63,291 nt of DNA, filler included, from Rhabdomonas costata (GCA_019059605.1; 55 parts of 55 records of this genome joined end to end with filler, not necessarily neighbours in it); one strand, 5' to 3'; counted from the first letter of the whole stretch, positions 36,541-50,500 are shown. Program-made: numbers and translations. The notes: a model not told the origin generated them from the letters alone.

Positions 36541-38134
36541 GTATCTCCCGATGGGCTTTCTCACTGTATATCTATCATCTGTCCGTGTGTCCGTGTGTGG
36601 TATCGTCCGTTGGAATCTCTCCCAGTGCTAGTTAACTACAAGAACTTTCGTCCTCGTTCCACCTTCTCAGCAGCGGTAATGGAGAGAGATATAAATTGTT
36701 AGCGCGGTTGTGGAAGGTTCAGCACAAACAGGCATGACACCAAGAAAGCACCAAACATATGCTCACTGCTTTCACACAACAAANNNNNNNNNNNNNNNNN
36801 NNNNNNNNNNNNNNNNNNNNNNNNNNNTTAATTAATTAANNNNNNNNNNNNNNNNNNNNNNNNNNNNNNNNNNNNNNNNNNNNATTTTATTTTAGATACT
36901 TTTATAACTTATAAAAACTGGTTTCTCTTTTTCGGCTGGTCCATTTGGCGTCGGCCACCACAAAAAAATTAGCAGAAGCGCTTTACGGACGAAAAAGGTT
37001 GCGAAATAAAGTGCGTTACACCATAAACTCGGAACTCCGCCAAAAGTCGCCCCAGTTTCAAGCACGAACTCTGTACACCACAATCATCAAATATCATCAC
37101 ACAGAGCTTCGCAATTTGCGTCACAATCAAAAACGAACACGGAATCAACCGCCAGAAAGCCGCGCCCGACGCGCATAATTCGCTGAGAAGTTCTCCATAT
37201 ACCATCCATTTTTCAGATCGCGCCCCAGAAAACATTTCGGTTTAACCACATGCTAGGTCCCTGGCAACGTCCTGGACAGCGGCAATTACACAGGCTCAAA
37301 AACGGCTTCGAATTGAAAACCGTCACACACCATTTTCTGAGTTTCCGGGTGTTATGACATTGTTACCGTTTGTTTTTCTTTCTGGTCGACGTTTGTCGTG
37401 TTCTTTCGCAAAATGGAAGAAGAAGGTTGAAAAAATCATGCCTACAACAGGCGACAGGCATTGGATATTTACTCTACTTGGACGCGCCCTAATTTAAAAG
37501 GTTATTAATCCCGGATTTGACCGCTTTTGGCGGGGTTGCTATTCTTTGATTCTATTTTGGTTAAGCATACCGTCCGCTTGCGGTACCTGCCTGCGATTTC
37601 TTTGCTTCGCCCCACGTGTTTGTTTTGTTTCTTTCTCTTTCTCTTTCTGTGGGTGTGTTTGGAGGCTCTGTTTTTTGGGTAGTAGGAGGCGGCCATGTCG
37701 TAACGTTCTTAAACTGACTCTTGGCCGTTTTTGTGCTACATCCGTCGCTGCGTTTCTAGAAATGGTCCATCACAAGGCATGCCAAAAGCAAGAGGCCCGT
37801 CTGCACATTTTCTTGGTTTACTTGATGCTGCATTGTAACCGACAAGCGCAGCACAAAACGCTTGCATCATTTGGACCCGCCCGTTGGATTGGGATTGGAA
37901 GGCTGCGAGGGACGGAGCAGCCTTCCAACCCCAACCNNNNNNNNNNNNNNNNNNNNNNNNNNNNNNNNNNNNNNNNNNNNTTAATTAATTAANNNNNNNN
38001 NNNNNNNNNNNNNNNNNNNNNNNNNNNNNNNNNNNNGTGCTTGGGTGTCACATGATTCACTTTGATGGTTTCCACTCCTCTGTGCTATTTCTGGTGCCAG
38101 CATCCGCTTCAGCATCCGCTTGTGCATTGCCCAG

Positions 38135-38323
38135 GGAATGATGTTTTCCTCGGCGCACCAGGATTACGCGGAGGTGCTCGAGCGGTTCCGGCCGGACCGG
38201 GTCCGGCCCTTCTTCGTCAGCTCTTTGATGCTCTTTAGCTCAGAGATGATCCTGCCCACCACCTTCGCCACTCTGGTGGAGCTGGCACAGAAGTACTACC
38301 GAGCCGTGGTTTCTCCAGACCAG
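38135..38323 (+). CDS. Exon of an unknown protein
   Basis: 189-nt GC3-rich frame between ccag| and CAG|GTTGGG. Confidence 0.5.
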
Positions 38324-41300
38324 GTTGGGGGTTGGCGAGGGGGTCCTTCTCAATACTATTGCACTCCTAGTTTCTTTTTCGCATCAATCCTAGTTTCTGT
38401 TGCGTCCTGTCGCTTGTACGTTCTCTTGCACACCCTCTGAAACCCGCAACACATACACAAACCTCCCGCTACTGCACTGTATACTACTAAAAAAACCCGC
38501 GACTGCACTGTTTGCTTGATAATCAGCCCCGCTGCCTCTCGGGGTTGAGGGATGTGGCAACAGCGAGGAAGGTGGGAGGGGTATTCACCCCAGGGGCCCT
38601 CCACAAAAGTCAGCGATGAACAGAAAGAAGAGGCAACCAATTCCAACCCCAAGTCCTCCACGGGTACATAGGACAGACCAAAAACCGAAAATGGGGACAG
38701 CAGCTGCCAAAAGCAAAGTCGTTATTCGAAGGAAGCACCGCCAGAGAGAGTGCAACAGAAACGGGAGCGAGGCAGGGAACTTGGGAGAGAGGGCCAGGAG
38801 CCGAGAGCAGAGAAGGGTCGGGGAAAGATGGCGGCGGGGATCAAGCATGGAGTATCCAGGGAGAACAGAGACGCAGAGCAGGAGAAGCCGACGGCAGGAA
38901 AGGGACCCCCGACTTCCAGGGGCGAGACATGAAAGCCACAGCGGAAAGTAGGTGGAAGACGAGCACGTGTGTCTCAGGAGTGCGATGCTGGCACGGGATA
39001 GCATGCAAGTTTCAACTGTGTTTCTTTCCGGAGGGGAGCACCTAGAACGAACCCGCGTAGAGACGGACCCAGTGCGCAGAAGCACAAACNNNNNNNNNNN
39101 NNNNNNNNNNNNNNNNNNNNNNNNNNNNNNNNNTTAATTAATTAANNNNNNNNNNNNNNNNNNNNNNNNNNNNNNNNNNNNNNNNNNNNGTGTTGGGGTG
39201 GACTGCATGGTGGGGCCGGAAAAACTGTGCCGGTGATGAAATGCCTGAAAAACAAACAAACCGAAACAACGGCCCAAAGGTATACGTGATCTTTTTTCGC
39301 AGTGTTTTCGCGGGTGAAAATCGGTCAACACTGATGTCATATCAGAGTTGGTGGGCAACGCTGCGGCACATGAGCCTTAAAGACGGCTGGTGAGCCAGCA
39401 GGAGTGTCCACTTGATATTATATTAAGGTAGCATCAGGTTGGCTTCCTTGCATCCCGAAGGGTAGGCGGAGGAGGTGCCTGAAATAAAAACCAAACCGCA
39501 ACAAATATCATTATAGTGTGATACCCCATTATAGTTATTATACCGGAGTATACCACGTTATACGTTATACAAAGGGATTCAGGAGGCAATGTACATGTCC
39601 CCTGCGGCTTCTCCAGGACGGATCCTAGGTATTTACGCGAGACCATTACCAACGTTTTTGTGTTCGCCCGTGTGTAATGCCTATACTGGGGTATTATAGC
39701 CATTATACCCGTATAATATCATTATACTATGGTGATATAATGATATTATGGCATATAATACCATTATCCGGACTGTATAATACCATTATGCGTAGTAAGG
39801 TAACACCCGAAAACTCAGAAAATATTATGTAACGGTTTTCCATTCGAAAAATTTTTTAGCCTTTAGAAGTGCCATTGAATGGTGACATGCTATGAGATGA
39901 ACCCAGAAAGTTTTCTTGGCGGTGGACCTAAAAAGCAGTTAAATATGGTTTGCTCCCAAGAGACTGCGCCGAAGGCGCAATTTTATCTCGGTGATTCCGT
40001 GATTGTGTTGATTTGAGAATTGTGAATTCTGTAGCCGGCTGTTTGTGCAGAATGGTATGTAAATGTAGGTTTTAAACCCAGCTAGGCCTTTTGGTCAGTT
40101 CTGAGTTTACGGTGTAACGTATTTTTACAATGATATTATAGTATAATTGACTGTACAAATACGTTACACCGTAAACTCAGAACTGACCAAAAGGCCTAGC
40201 TGGGTTTAAAACCTACATTTACATACCATTCTACACAAACCCNNNNNNNNNNNNNNNNNNNNNNNNNNNNNNNNNNNNNNNNNNNNTTAATTAATTAANN
40301 NNNNNNNNNNNNNNNNNNNNNNNNNNNNNNNNNNNNNNNNNNGTGGGGTTTGGTTCGACCCTGCGGTTCCTTTCGTGAGGCCTTGTGGTGCGCATTCTGC
40401 ATTTTTTGCTTTTCAGTGTTGTTTTTCCAAAAGCGCCCAAAGCTGGGTCGCCCCTTCACCTGGCAGATTGTATCCTGCTGGCGCACGTTTCGTTGGCTTT
40501 GTTGCTCTCCACTTCTTTCCTCCCGTTCACCGCTTTGGGGGGTGACCTGGCCTTCTCCATGTTTTTCTCCACCTCTTTCTGGCATTGTCTCCCTCCTCGC
40601 CCTTGGCGTGGAAACCCTCTGAGAAAATATGAAGCCTGGCTCACAATTCCCTCCCAGTCTTTAGAAGTGCTTGTCTGTACCTTGCATGCTAGTACTGTCT
40701 CGTGAGATTTGTACTCCATTCCATTTGTAAACCATTGTATCTTCTGCTCTTCCCCTGCTTTTCGTGGTCTCTGTACGTAGCGTTGCCCTGCAAGGTTTTT
40801 GTGGGTCATACTCTGCTGTAGTTTTTGTACGGGAAGCGGTGGACCTGGTCGACCTCGCGGTCACCTCAATGGCTGACCGAGTACTGGCTGAGTAGTTGGA
40901 GACTGCGGTCCTGGTGTTGTTCGCGCGCTTCCTTCGTTTTCGGTACGGCGTTGCCAGACCCCTCTTTTGGTGCTTCACAAGTGGTACCCCATATTTTATG
41001 TTGGGGAGAGCCTCTCTCGTTGTTCAGCCGCCCCTCCTCCTTTTTCACCGCAAGCTAACATTGTGGTGCATGGATGCAGGGTGCCCGTCGAGAGGGCTGT
41101 GTGTGTGCTCCCTCTTTTGTAGGGTGGAGTATGGGCCACGTGTGCTGCGTTAGTAGGGAATTATTGTGTTGGTTCGCCCCCTTTCCAACGCTGTGGCCAC
41201 TGGTAGTATGCTTGGGTGGGCAAATGGGTTGTGCCTGAGCCTTCGTGCGTGTGTTCGGCATACTTGTTCTCCTGATTGCGTTCTGACCCGCTGGCACACC

Positions 41301-42036
41301 AGGTGGGAAGGTGACCTGTTGTTGTTTACTATCCGCTTGAGTTGGCGAGGGGGCGAGTTGGACGGGTCTTGGACCCTTTTGTTACCCAACCCCCCNNNNN
41401 NNNNNNNNNNNNNNNNNNNNNNNNNNNNNNNNNNNNNNNTTAATTAATTAANNNNNNNNNNNNNNNNNNNNNNNNNNNNNNNNNNNNNNNNNNNNCCAGA
41501 ATGGTGTCTCCGCGTTGGTCCGCGCGCAAGTTTGAGTGCGCTGATGAGTTTCTTGCTGGGCAATTCAGTGTCTTCGAATCCCTGATTGGTGACGTGACCG
41601 GGAATGTAAGCAGAACCTTGCTGATGCAGCGGTTGGTGTTCGGTGTTTTAATCGATAATGATTCTCAAGGGGGTGAAGGGCTCAATGAAACCAGTGTAGC
41701 GCCATAGAAGGGTTAACAGCATTGCCACCTCGTCTCAGCGTGTGGAATTTCTGGGACCGAAAAGCCACCTCTATAGTAGCACCATGCTAATGTTCTTTGA
41801 CTTAGGGACAGTTGTGTCTGTTTGTTCGCGTTTGTGTAATGGGTTTTCAGTCTTCAACTCTAGCTCGAGCTCTGAGGTCAACGTGAAGCTCATGGAACAG
41901 TCCTGGCGCCGCCGAAAGGCAGAGATGCATATGTAGTCCTGCCCGCATCCTCCCTTTACAGTGAGGGTCTTTGGTCACGGGCATTTGGAAGGGCCCCCGA
42001 AACTGCTGTTCTTATTTATTTCCGATCTCTTCGCAG

Positions 42037-42138
42037 GCGCGAATGTAAACCAAGCTACGACGGACTCTGGAACCATTCCTCTGTTGATTGCTGTGCAGAA
42101 CGGCCACTTGGAGATCTCCACGCTACTCCTCCAGAAAG
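42037..42138 (+). CDS. Single ankyrin-repeat exon
   Basis: (G)ANVNQATTDSGTIPLLIAVQNGHLEISTLLLQK(G). The exon is 102 nt, phase 1-1, bounded by cag| and |GTGAGT. Confidence 0.85.
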
Positions 42139-42648
42139 GTGAGTCAAAAAACCAAAAATCGCAGGATTGCTAAGCTTTGGAGAGGAACTGATGATGCCCT
42201 CAAGTAAGGACGCCGCTGTCGACTTGCATCAATGGGAAGCTGCAATTAGCGCCGAGTATGGGACCCATGGCCTGCTCGCTTGAGAGGATTGTGTTTTCGC
42301 AGAGCACCACAACAGCTACTTCTTGGCTCACTCGGTTCCTTCTCTCCTTGATTTCGCATCCGGACAATACAATATCCCCGTCGCCTCGCTTACTTTCCAG
42401 GAGCGAACGTCAATCAGGCGAGGGAGGACAATGGCAGCAGCCCCTTGTTCATCGCAGTCCAGAAGAATCTTCTGGAGCTCGCGAAGTTGCTCCTTAAGAA
42501 CGGTTGTTGTGCGGTGATGGCGTGAGTACTGGACAAAGTGGACAGCAANNNNNNNNNNNNNNNNNNNNNNNNNNNNNNNNNNNNNNNNNNNNTTAATTAA
42601 TTAANNNNNNNNNNNNNNNNNNNNNNNNNNNNNNNNNNNNNNNNNNNN

Positions 42649-43701
42649 GGGTGTGGTTTCATTGCGAGGTATGCACTCAGAATGCATCTGGCTAACTGAA
42701 CATCTATCGATATCGTCGAAGCAATTTGCTCCAATACTTCATACACCTTGTAAACAAACGAATCGGCCCAGAATCTGATCTCGCTCGTGGAGAAGTGCCG
42801 TAGCACGTCCTCCAGATCAAGCCCGTCAAAAAGGTTGAGACCGTTTTACTACATGAGGTAGAAAGGTCTTCCGTCACCGTCTATCGGCCGCTGTGGAGAT
42901 AGAATGAAGGTTTTCCTGCCCTCGACCACCAACGTTTCGGTGTAGGTGTACTGAAAGTACGTACCAGTCCAAAAGGACAAATTTCCCTTGAAGGACCACT
43001 TTGGATTGTACATTGCCCGTCCGTAGAGTTGGAGTCTGGAACGCATGCCTCGATACATCTGTCCGCCGGGGGAGGAGTGGACTCTGAACACATGGTTGGC
43101 GGTTAGCACTCCATCCAGCGTGGTCAACGGAATGCCCGCCGTCACAACCACCGGGGCGCCTGAACCGATCTCCCCAACTTTTCCTCCTGTATAACGGTCC
43201 CATCCTGGAATGAGTCAGCAGCAATCGAGGTCACCATGAATGAGGAGCCGCCCTCTGTGTGGGGACAACATTTTTTTGACCAGTCGCCGCAACAACAATG
43301 GCGTATGGCGGAATGAAATGTCCTGCGTCACTGTAGCGCGCCATCTGCATCAATGACATCTTGAGGGTTCCGTCGGCAAAATGCAGGCTTGACAGGTACG
43401 TTTGCCGGTCTGAGATGACCCCGCTGGCACTCTTCACAATCATCCGACGCGTATGGCCGCCATCCTTGGCATCGAAGGAGGTCTCAAGTTTCGACACGGT
43501 ACTGAGCATCTCCTTCAAATCCAACAGGACGTCCATCCTCTCTGCTCGGTCATAGATGTGTTGAGTCTCAACACCTCCGGGTCCCTTCTTCAGGTTGACA
43601 AGCGTTCGTGACATATCAGTCGAAACCACAATCATAATGCCATTTGCCTTCCGCGTAAAAGTCACGTTCTTCAGAACCCCGGATCTGAGCGCCAACAAAC
43701 A
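42649..43701 (-). pseudogene. Intronless, coding-dense, frameshifted ORF remnant of unknown family
   Basis: Consecutive minus-strand frames (43231-43698, 42849-~43208, ~42650-42856) tile almost the whole contig with protein-like composition and no splice signals. Confidence 0.4.
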
Positions 43702-45057
43702 NNNNNNNNNNNNNNNNNNNNNNNNNNNNNNNNNNNNNNNNNNNNTTAATTAATTAANNNNNNNNNNNNNNNNNNNNNNNNNNNNNNNNNNNNNNNNNNN
43801 NAAAGGGACACTGTCAATTTGGTGCGGAAGCCAGCGCCCCGGCGGCCGCAGCGGCCATTGTCCACGGAGGCGAGTCCGCGGCGCAGGGGAAGGGGGCGTT
43901 GTGTGGGCGGGGACGTTTCCTGGGAAGGCGTTGCCTGCAACATGCTCGACAGGGAAGGTAGATGGGGAAACAAGACTCCTTGCTGACAAGGTTAGGCCAC
44001 CTTTTCCACCCCACCCCACAGCAAAATGGGCCAAATTGATGTCAATGGGGTTTTGGGCAAACACAGAAGAGGGAGGAAGCAAGACAGGTGCTGGGTGAAG
44101 CGGTCGGAACGCAGTGCAGCAAGGGAACCGTTGCTTGCACATTCAAAGCAGGAACATTTACGTGAGCCACAGGGATATCCCCTCCCAGGCGACGCAGAAC
44201 TTCCGGGTCAAATACCAGAAGGTTTTTTCAGCCAAAGAGCCGAGCCCGAGAAAACAAGGGCCGCGCCTCCTCGGAAAAGTTGAAGTTGGAGACGAAATCG
44301 GCCAGGGGTTGCTTTAGGGTGTCGTCTTCGTTGAACGTCAGAACGACAGATGGGATGCCCGACGGACCCCCATTGGAACCTAAACGACAGGCACTTCTTA
44401 GCATCCAGGATCTTGGGCATCCTGGACATGCTGGAACAGCAAAAACTGGCCAATGACCGCTCTCTTAATCCCGTGAGTCTGCTTGTTGTGGAAGGTCGAG
44501 GTGGGTAAAAACCTCCCGTCTCCGTTGTTGGATAATCTCATCCAGTTCTTGCAAAGGGAAACAGCCAAAATTGCTCACAGTGACTATAGTGACTGTACCA
44601 TTGGTTGAAACGAGTCCTATTCTTTATGCTGTCTGCTTTCCAACAGTTAAAAGTTGTGTGTGGATGAAAAGGTTCAAGAAAATACCTGATTCATAGCCTC
44701 CTGTGAGAATTTTTCCTGCTCTTCTTCTGGGGTTAACCGTGGGTTTTCCATGGTGTTCCCTAAGCGTATATCGGAGTTTCCGATGGAGTTGCTCACTCAA
44801 TTTTTGACAGGTACGGGGAGCATGGGGCAACATATAAAAAATANNNNNNNNNNNNNNNNNNNNNNNNNNNNNNNNNNNNNNNNNNNNTTAATTAATTAAN
44901 NNNNNNNNNNNNNNNNNNNNNNNNNNNNNNNNNNNNNNNNNNNTTTTTGTGGGAGTCTGTACAAGACGCTCGGCACTTATTCGCTTGATCACTTTTCCAT
45001 CACCTGTGAACCAGACTCAAGGTTCTGATCACATCCCCCATGCGGTCTCTCCTGCAG

Positions 45058-45653
45058 ACTTGGACTTGCAGACGTTGCGCAAGGGGTGGTTTACGGGGAT
45101 CCGAAGCGAACTTCAGAACTCTCCAGGGATCACTTCTTCCTGCGTCGTGGACATCCCTTTGGCGGACTTGCCGCCGACAAAGCACCCTGAGGCCTCCGAA
45201 TTCGCTCGCTTCTCGGGATGCCCTCGTTCCCGGGTTTTCTCCAACGTCAGCGCAGGTGGGAGGCGCGTCACAGTTTCGTGTGCAGGGCGAGCTGGCGTGG
45301 TGTTCTCGGCTGGACGGGGCTACGGGTGGAAGGCTCTCCCAGGAAATGCTCGGGTGGCCTCTAACGCTGCTGCCGCCTCTGCGCTGTCTAGCCACAGCTC
45401 ATCGTGGGAGTTTCTGCGGATGTTTTGCGCATCGGAGCGCGGCGCGTCTCTTCGGGCCTACAATATATTCACAAGGGTGGTCCCCAAACCCCCCAAGGGC
45501 GGCCTAAGTGTGGCACTTCCACTGGCACCCTCTAAACCTGTTGCTGTGATCGTGTTGCTCCTGGATGCCGTGTCGCGGTCAATGTTTCACCGCATGATGC
45601 CACGCTCGGCACATGTGATTAGGGAGCAGCTGCACGACAAGGAAAGATATGAG
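45058..45653 (+). CDS. DUF229 (alkaline-phosphatase/sulfatase-like) protein exon
   Basis: PVAVIVLLLDAVSRSMFHRMMPRSAHVI matches the DUF229 motif V....DS.SR..F.R.MP. Boundaries are cag| and GAG|GTCTGC. Confidence 0.7.
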
Positions 45654-46616
45654 GTCTGCTTTGCTTTGATAGAAACGACCTGTTTTGCTGATGGCAGAAT
45701 TTAGTTTTGCAGAGGATCAAATCCCACAGTTCTCCCCATCTTGATATTAGAGGTTTTTGCCCTTCATTTCAGTTTGGGTGGAAGTGACATTAGCTGTTTT
45801 GCGGGATGTGACCTTCGAGCTTTTCTCGTCTTGTCACAACAGAAAAAATCAGTGCCGGCACACCGGCGTGCAGGTGGGCGGACAGTGTGTCACCCTACAG
45901 TTCTTTCTCGTATCAAAACCCAAGCCCAAATTTAAGCAAGCGTAATAAAAACGGTCCTTCCAATTCCGTTTAAAGGCAAAAAGGGCCCAAAAACACNNNN
46001 NNNNNNNNNNNNNNNNNNNNNNNNNNNNNNNNNNNNNNNNTTAATTAATTAANNNNNNNNNNNNNNNNNNNNNNNNNNNNNNNNNNNNNNNNNNNNTTTT
46101 TGTACCGTATGAAGTCTTTGGCCAGACAGTGGAAGCAGAGTAAGCTGCAAGAGCCGCCCATTTTGGAAAAAGCGGGACATAAGGGAGCATAAACCGAAAC
46201 GCAGAAATGTGGTTGCCGAACCGGAACACCGCCAGCCGGGACGGCGCACCTGCGCGTGTATGAAACAAAACTTAGGAGGACCCTAGGCAAATTTTTTCTC
46301 GTGCGCTTCAGAACATGGGCTGGTAACCACGTTTTATTCGTTCGGACTTTGGACTTCGCGGGTTTGCCCAGGGAGTCTGTTGCCCTTCGCACTTTGGTCG
46401 TACAGAATTTTCCGCAGTGCCAAAATCTCCTTCTTATGAAAGGGTAGGCAAGACACAGAATGCAGTCCTTGTACAGTACACCTCCGCCTAGTCCAATGGG
46501 AAGGTGGGAAAGCACAGCGCAATGCATCACACGAGGAATTGTGAATGAGGGAACGGAGCAGTCTACAGCGAGCCCGTCTGCAGTTCAAAAAAAGGGGGCA
46601 GGGGTAGCTCGCCCAT

Positions 46617-46775
46617 CTACAGGACGTAGTCAAGCTCGTCCCTGGAGTAGCGGTTTCGGTCGTCATTTTCCAGCCTGGGGTACGCCGGGGTTAGCGAGTC
46701 CTGACAACCGATGTAGATGTTGTTGTAGACCTTCCAGTAAACTTCGCGCACCTTCCGCGCAGGGTGATACAGCCC
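46617..46775 (-). CDS. SF3B1: Splicing factor 3B subunit 1, last exon
   Basis: [52 protein letters not shown] is the conserved SF3B1 C-terminus. Confidence 0.96.
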   Translation of the reverse strand, partial: GLYHPARKVREVYWKVYNNIYIGCQDSLTPAYPRLENDDRNRYSRDELDYVL

Positions 46776-47544
46776 CTGCAGGCAAGCCGCAGAAAAGAAG
46801 TTCATACAAAAACCGCTCACAGACCCCTTCTCTTAACGAGTAGGGAGTATAAGGAAAATAGGACTCATTTATCTCCACGGCATGTTCGCACAAAAGGGGT
46901 GCAAAAGTAGCAGCGGGACATAGCAGAGGGTTGCATGCAGGATTGGAAGGATTGAACGATTGTGGCAGCAAAAATGGCGCGAAAGCACATGGATACAGGG
47001 CAGTTTCCGACAGCTACTTCGGAGAGTTAGTAGCCAGCATCTCAATGAGAATCTACTTCAATCCTGACAAGAAGATTCAGTCAACCACGCCAATGCGAAA
47101 ACGTCGAGTTACCCACAACACCGATACAACACCCACACCCTCACAACANNNNNNNNNNNNNNNNNNNNNNNNNNNNNNNNNNNNNNNNNNNNTTAATTAA
47201 TTAANNNNNNNNNNNNNNNNNNNNNNNNNNNNNNNNNNNNNNNNNNNNGGGTGTGTGGGACTCGAAAGCAAAAAAGCAAAAACAGAACAAAAGAAACGAT
47301 AGTTTCCTGAGAGAGTGAGACCAGCAATGCTGTGATGACCATGTGCATTTGAGGGAGGGAAGTACCTGAGAGAGCAATCTGGTTGTTGGTGCAGAGTTCA
47401 AGTCCGCTCAGCTCTTTGGCAGCGGGAAAACATGCTTTCCACCCTTTCATCACGTTGCTTATTTTAACTTTTTGTTTGGTGCCCGTTGTGTGCGATGTGC
47501 GAAAACCTTGGTTTTCTGTTCTGTTCTCTGGTGCTTGCGGGGAG

Positions 47545-47580
47545 AAAGCAAAGCAAAGCAAAGCAAAGCAAAGCAAAGCA
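47545..47580 (+). repeat. (AAAGC)n microsatellite
   Basis: About 7 tandem AAAGC units. Confidence 0.9.
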
Positions 47581-50500
47581 TCCAAAGGAATCCTTTCTTA
47601 AATCACTCAAAGTTGCAACTCCTAGTTGTCTGGCTTGTGCAGAAAGGCAAAGCGTAACCTTGAGACAGAGCCCGTCGCGCGCCGCGCGCGCGCGAGAGAG
47701 AGATAGAAGCAACAAGGACCCCGCCCAAAAACACAGAACACCAAAGTTTTCTTCTTTGAAGTGCACCAAAAGTTTTCTTTATTGACTTGGGAACAATTTT
47801 TTTCCGGCGAACAGTCGCAACCTCAGCGACAAGCGCACTCCCACACATTGGAAAAGACCGACTCCAAGGGAATCATGACTCCAAGACACGCAGCGCTGTG
47901 GGAGGCCTACTTACTACTACTACGTACAAAGCCCTCTGTCCCCTAAATCCAAAAAAAAAACTGCTTCAGCTCAGCATTCAGCCCTGCTTCCGATTCAAGT
48001 GCAAAAACTTGAAATCTGACGTTCAACCTAGCTTTGCCTTCTCTAGAGCTGCTGCTGCTGAATCCAAGCAAGGCGTGGTCGGTGCGTGAAACCATGTTGC
48101 TGCCACCGCGCGCGACGCACAATCCGGATCGCTCGAACTGGTGCGCGTGGCACCCGTAAAAACAGTGCACCCAGTCGATCGAGGAGTTAGTTGAGGGGGC
48201 CAAGAAGCGAAGGAAGAGGCTCGTGTTGGGGTCAGTACTCCCGAAAGTTGCCGTGACGGGTGGCCCGAGCGTGGTCCTGGGCCTCCTTCTGCCCCTTGAN
48301 NNNNNNNNNNNNNNNNNNNNNNNNNNNNNNNNNNNNNNNNNNNTTAATTAATTAANNNNNNNNNNNNNNNNNNNNNNNNNNNNNNNNNNNNNNNNNNNNG
48401 GGGGGGGGTTTCGTTTTTGTTGTACATTGTACCCTCCCCCCTCCCCAATCGTGTCTCCAGAATCCAGAATCCTTTCGCGATGTCGTTTGAACGTGACACT
48501 GAGGTTTTAGTCGACTTTTGCTTGTCAACGCTGCAATATCCGTGCATTGCTTCCATTCGACTGGGGCTGATCCATCCTCTTAGGTGGTTCTCTTTTGTCT
48601 CTGGTTAGATGCTTCATCTCTCTTAGCATGCTTTGCTCGGTCTACTCATCGAGAATGGCCTTTCCCTATGTCCACTCGCCGTACTCCTTCGAAGGCGTGT
48701 CCATGCTTGCTCGAGCGCTGTTTTTAAATTGTGGGTTTTTCCAGCTGGACAGTTGGATGACACCCAACAGTGGCATCAAGTGTGGTTGAAGGCAAGGAGG
48801 AGGCAGGATTGCGCCGATCTCCAGCAGCTTATAGTCGTTGTTCATACCGTGACACTGAGTTTTGCAGCGCTAGAATGAAGCATGAGATGGGCCCTGAAGT
48901 GTAGAGTAGGGACCGGGACCGGGGTGACTTTGTATGCGTGGGGTATCCGTCATGGTATCGAAACATTCACACGCCACGTATCAGCTCTCCCCAGAGCAGC
49001 AGAGTTTTGTCAGATCGACCGATGGGGAGGCGTGCATTGCCTCTGGGTAGAAGGGAGACAGGGAAGGGTTTTTTTGTCAATGGCTGAAGGAGGTCCTGCC
49101 GGAACCGTTGCTTGGAGGGCTTCATTGCGGGTTGGGGGCGGGGTTGGGCACATAGGACTTTCCTTCTGCTCTCCTTTTGTTAGCTTCTCAATTCCCCATT
49201 TCCCATCCCAAACCCGAAAAAAAGTTTTGCAAGCCGCCCTTGCGCCCGTGGACCTGCATATTCCTGCTGACCGCATGCAGGGCCAACCCCCTGCACAGTA
49301 TGCGTCCGCTCCGCTTGGTCTTCCTTTATTCCGTTCTATCACCGCATCTCTCTGAACCAATTTTTTTTCCGACCAGCGCACCACCCACGCTCATTTTCTC
49401 AGGAGCAGTGCCGTGTTTGCCATCTCCTTAATATGACAGTGTGGAGGCGTGGNNNNNNNNNNNNNNNNNNNNNNNNNNNNNNNNNNNNNNNNNNNNTTAA
49501 TTAATTAANNNNNNNNNNNNNNNNNNNNNNNNNNNNNNNNNNNNNNNNNNNNTTCTTGGCCACACATTACAAAGAACGCCCACACAATACCGTGGCGGAA
49601 TGATATGGGGGGACCGGCGGGGCTCTGTCCGCTCCTCCACAAAGGCCCGCATCGCGGCTAGCTGGCGCGACTGCTCCTCCTGTCCCTTCCGTGTTAAACA
49701 TGTGCCGAGTGAAAGAACACCAGGCCACGGAACCAGGACTCCAGGCTGGATAACTCTCGAAAAGTACGAAAGTGCGGCGCGGGGGAAGCAGGCAATCTGA
49801 AGGAAGAAGCGTAAGTAGCATTAGCTTTATTTTTAGCTTTCCCTTTTTGCCCCTCATCTGGACCCCGCCGAGCGCCATGGGGTAGTCAACTCAGTGCTTT
49901 CCATCCCGGTTCAAGGCCACTATCGTGTCCTTTGGCAGTGTGCCCACATACAAAAGGTCCTTTGATGGCACCCCGTCTGTGGTGTGGCATGCCCCTGTGC
50001 TGTGGACTGTTTGCGCTCCGATTATCCCGAGATCGGCTGCACAACAGCTTGATATGGGCATTTACGTACTCCTCGACCTCCTGAAACACAGTGCTGTGGC
50101 GTTTTCGTCAATTATCCCCCCCCCTATGGCGATCGTCGTGAAGACAATTTTAATGACGATTGTCAAAAGTTCGTTCTTGCGTTCGTTTTAATTTTGGAGT
50201 TTTGTTACGATTGTTAAAATTTTCAAACTTTTGCTTTTACTTTTTTTAGCGATTGTTAAATTTCGTTATAATTCCGGTACCGTTTCGAAAAAAATTTCAG
50301 TCGTTATCATATCAAGTTTTAACAATCTCATGCTGCGTTATTGTTTCTGCGTAGTTTACAGTTACTTTTAATGATCGTTATGCAGTAGTGGTGGAGGGGG
50401 ATAATTGAAAGTAACTGTAAACTACGCAGAAACAATAACGCAGCATGAGATTGTTAAAACTTGATATGATAACGACTGAAAATTTTAACAATCTCATGCT

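Noticed and set aside
40046-40240. Long inverted repeat; similar ones at ~20554-20639, 23060-23145, 25176-25250, 28640-28715, 31819-32165 and 62062-62139
   Set aside because: Every one has an arm ending at a contig terminus and the arms are essentially identical. These are template-switch artefacts, not terminators or MITEs.
40790-40985. In-frame TAG within a plausible reading frame, suggesting stop-codon reassignment
   Set aside because: No homology anchors the frame. All confidently identified exons read with the standard code, and SF3B1 ends at TAG at the expected position.
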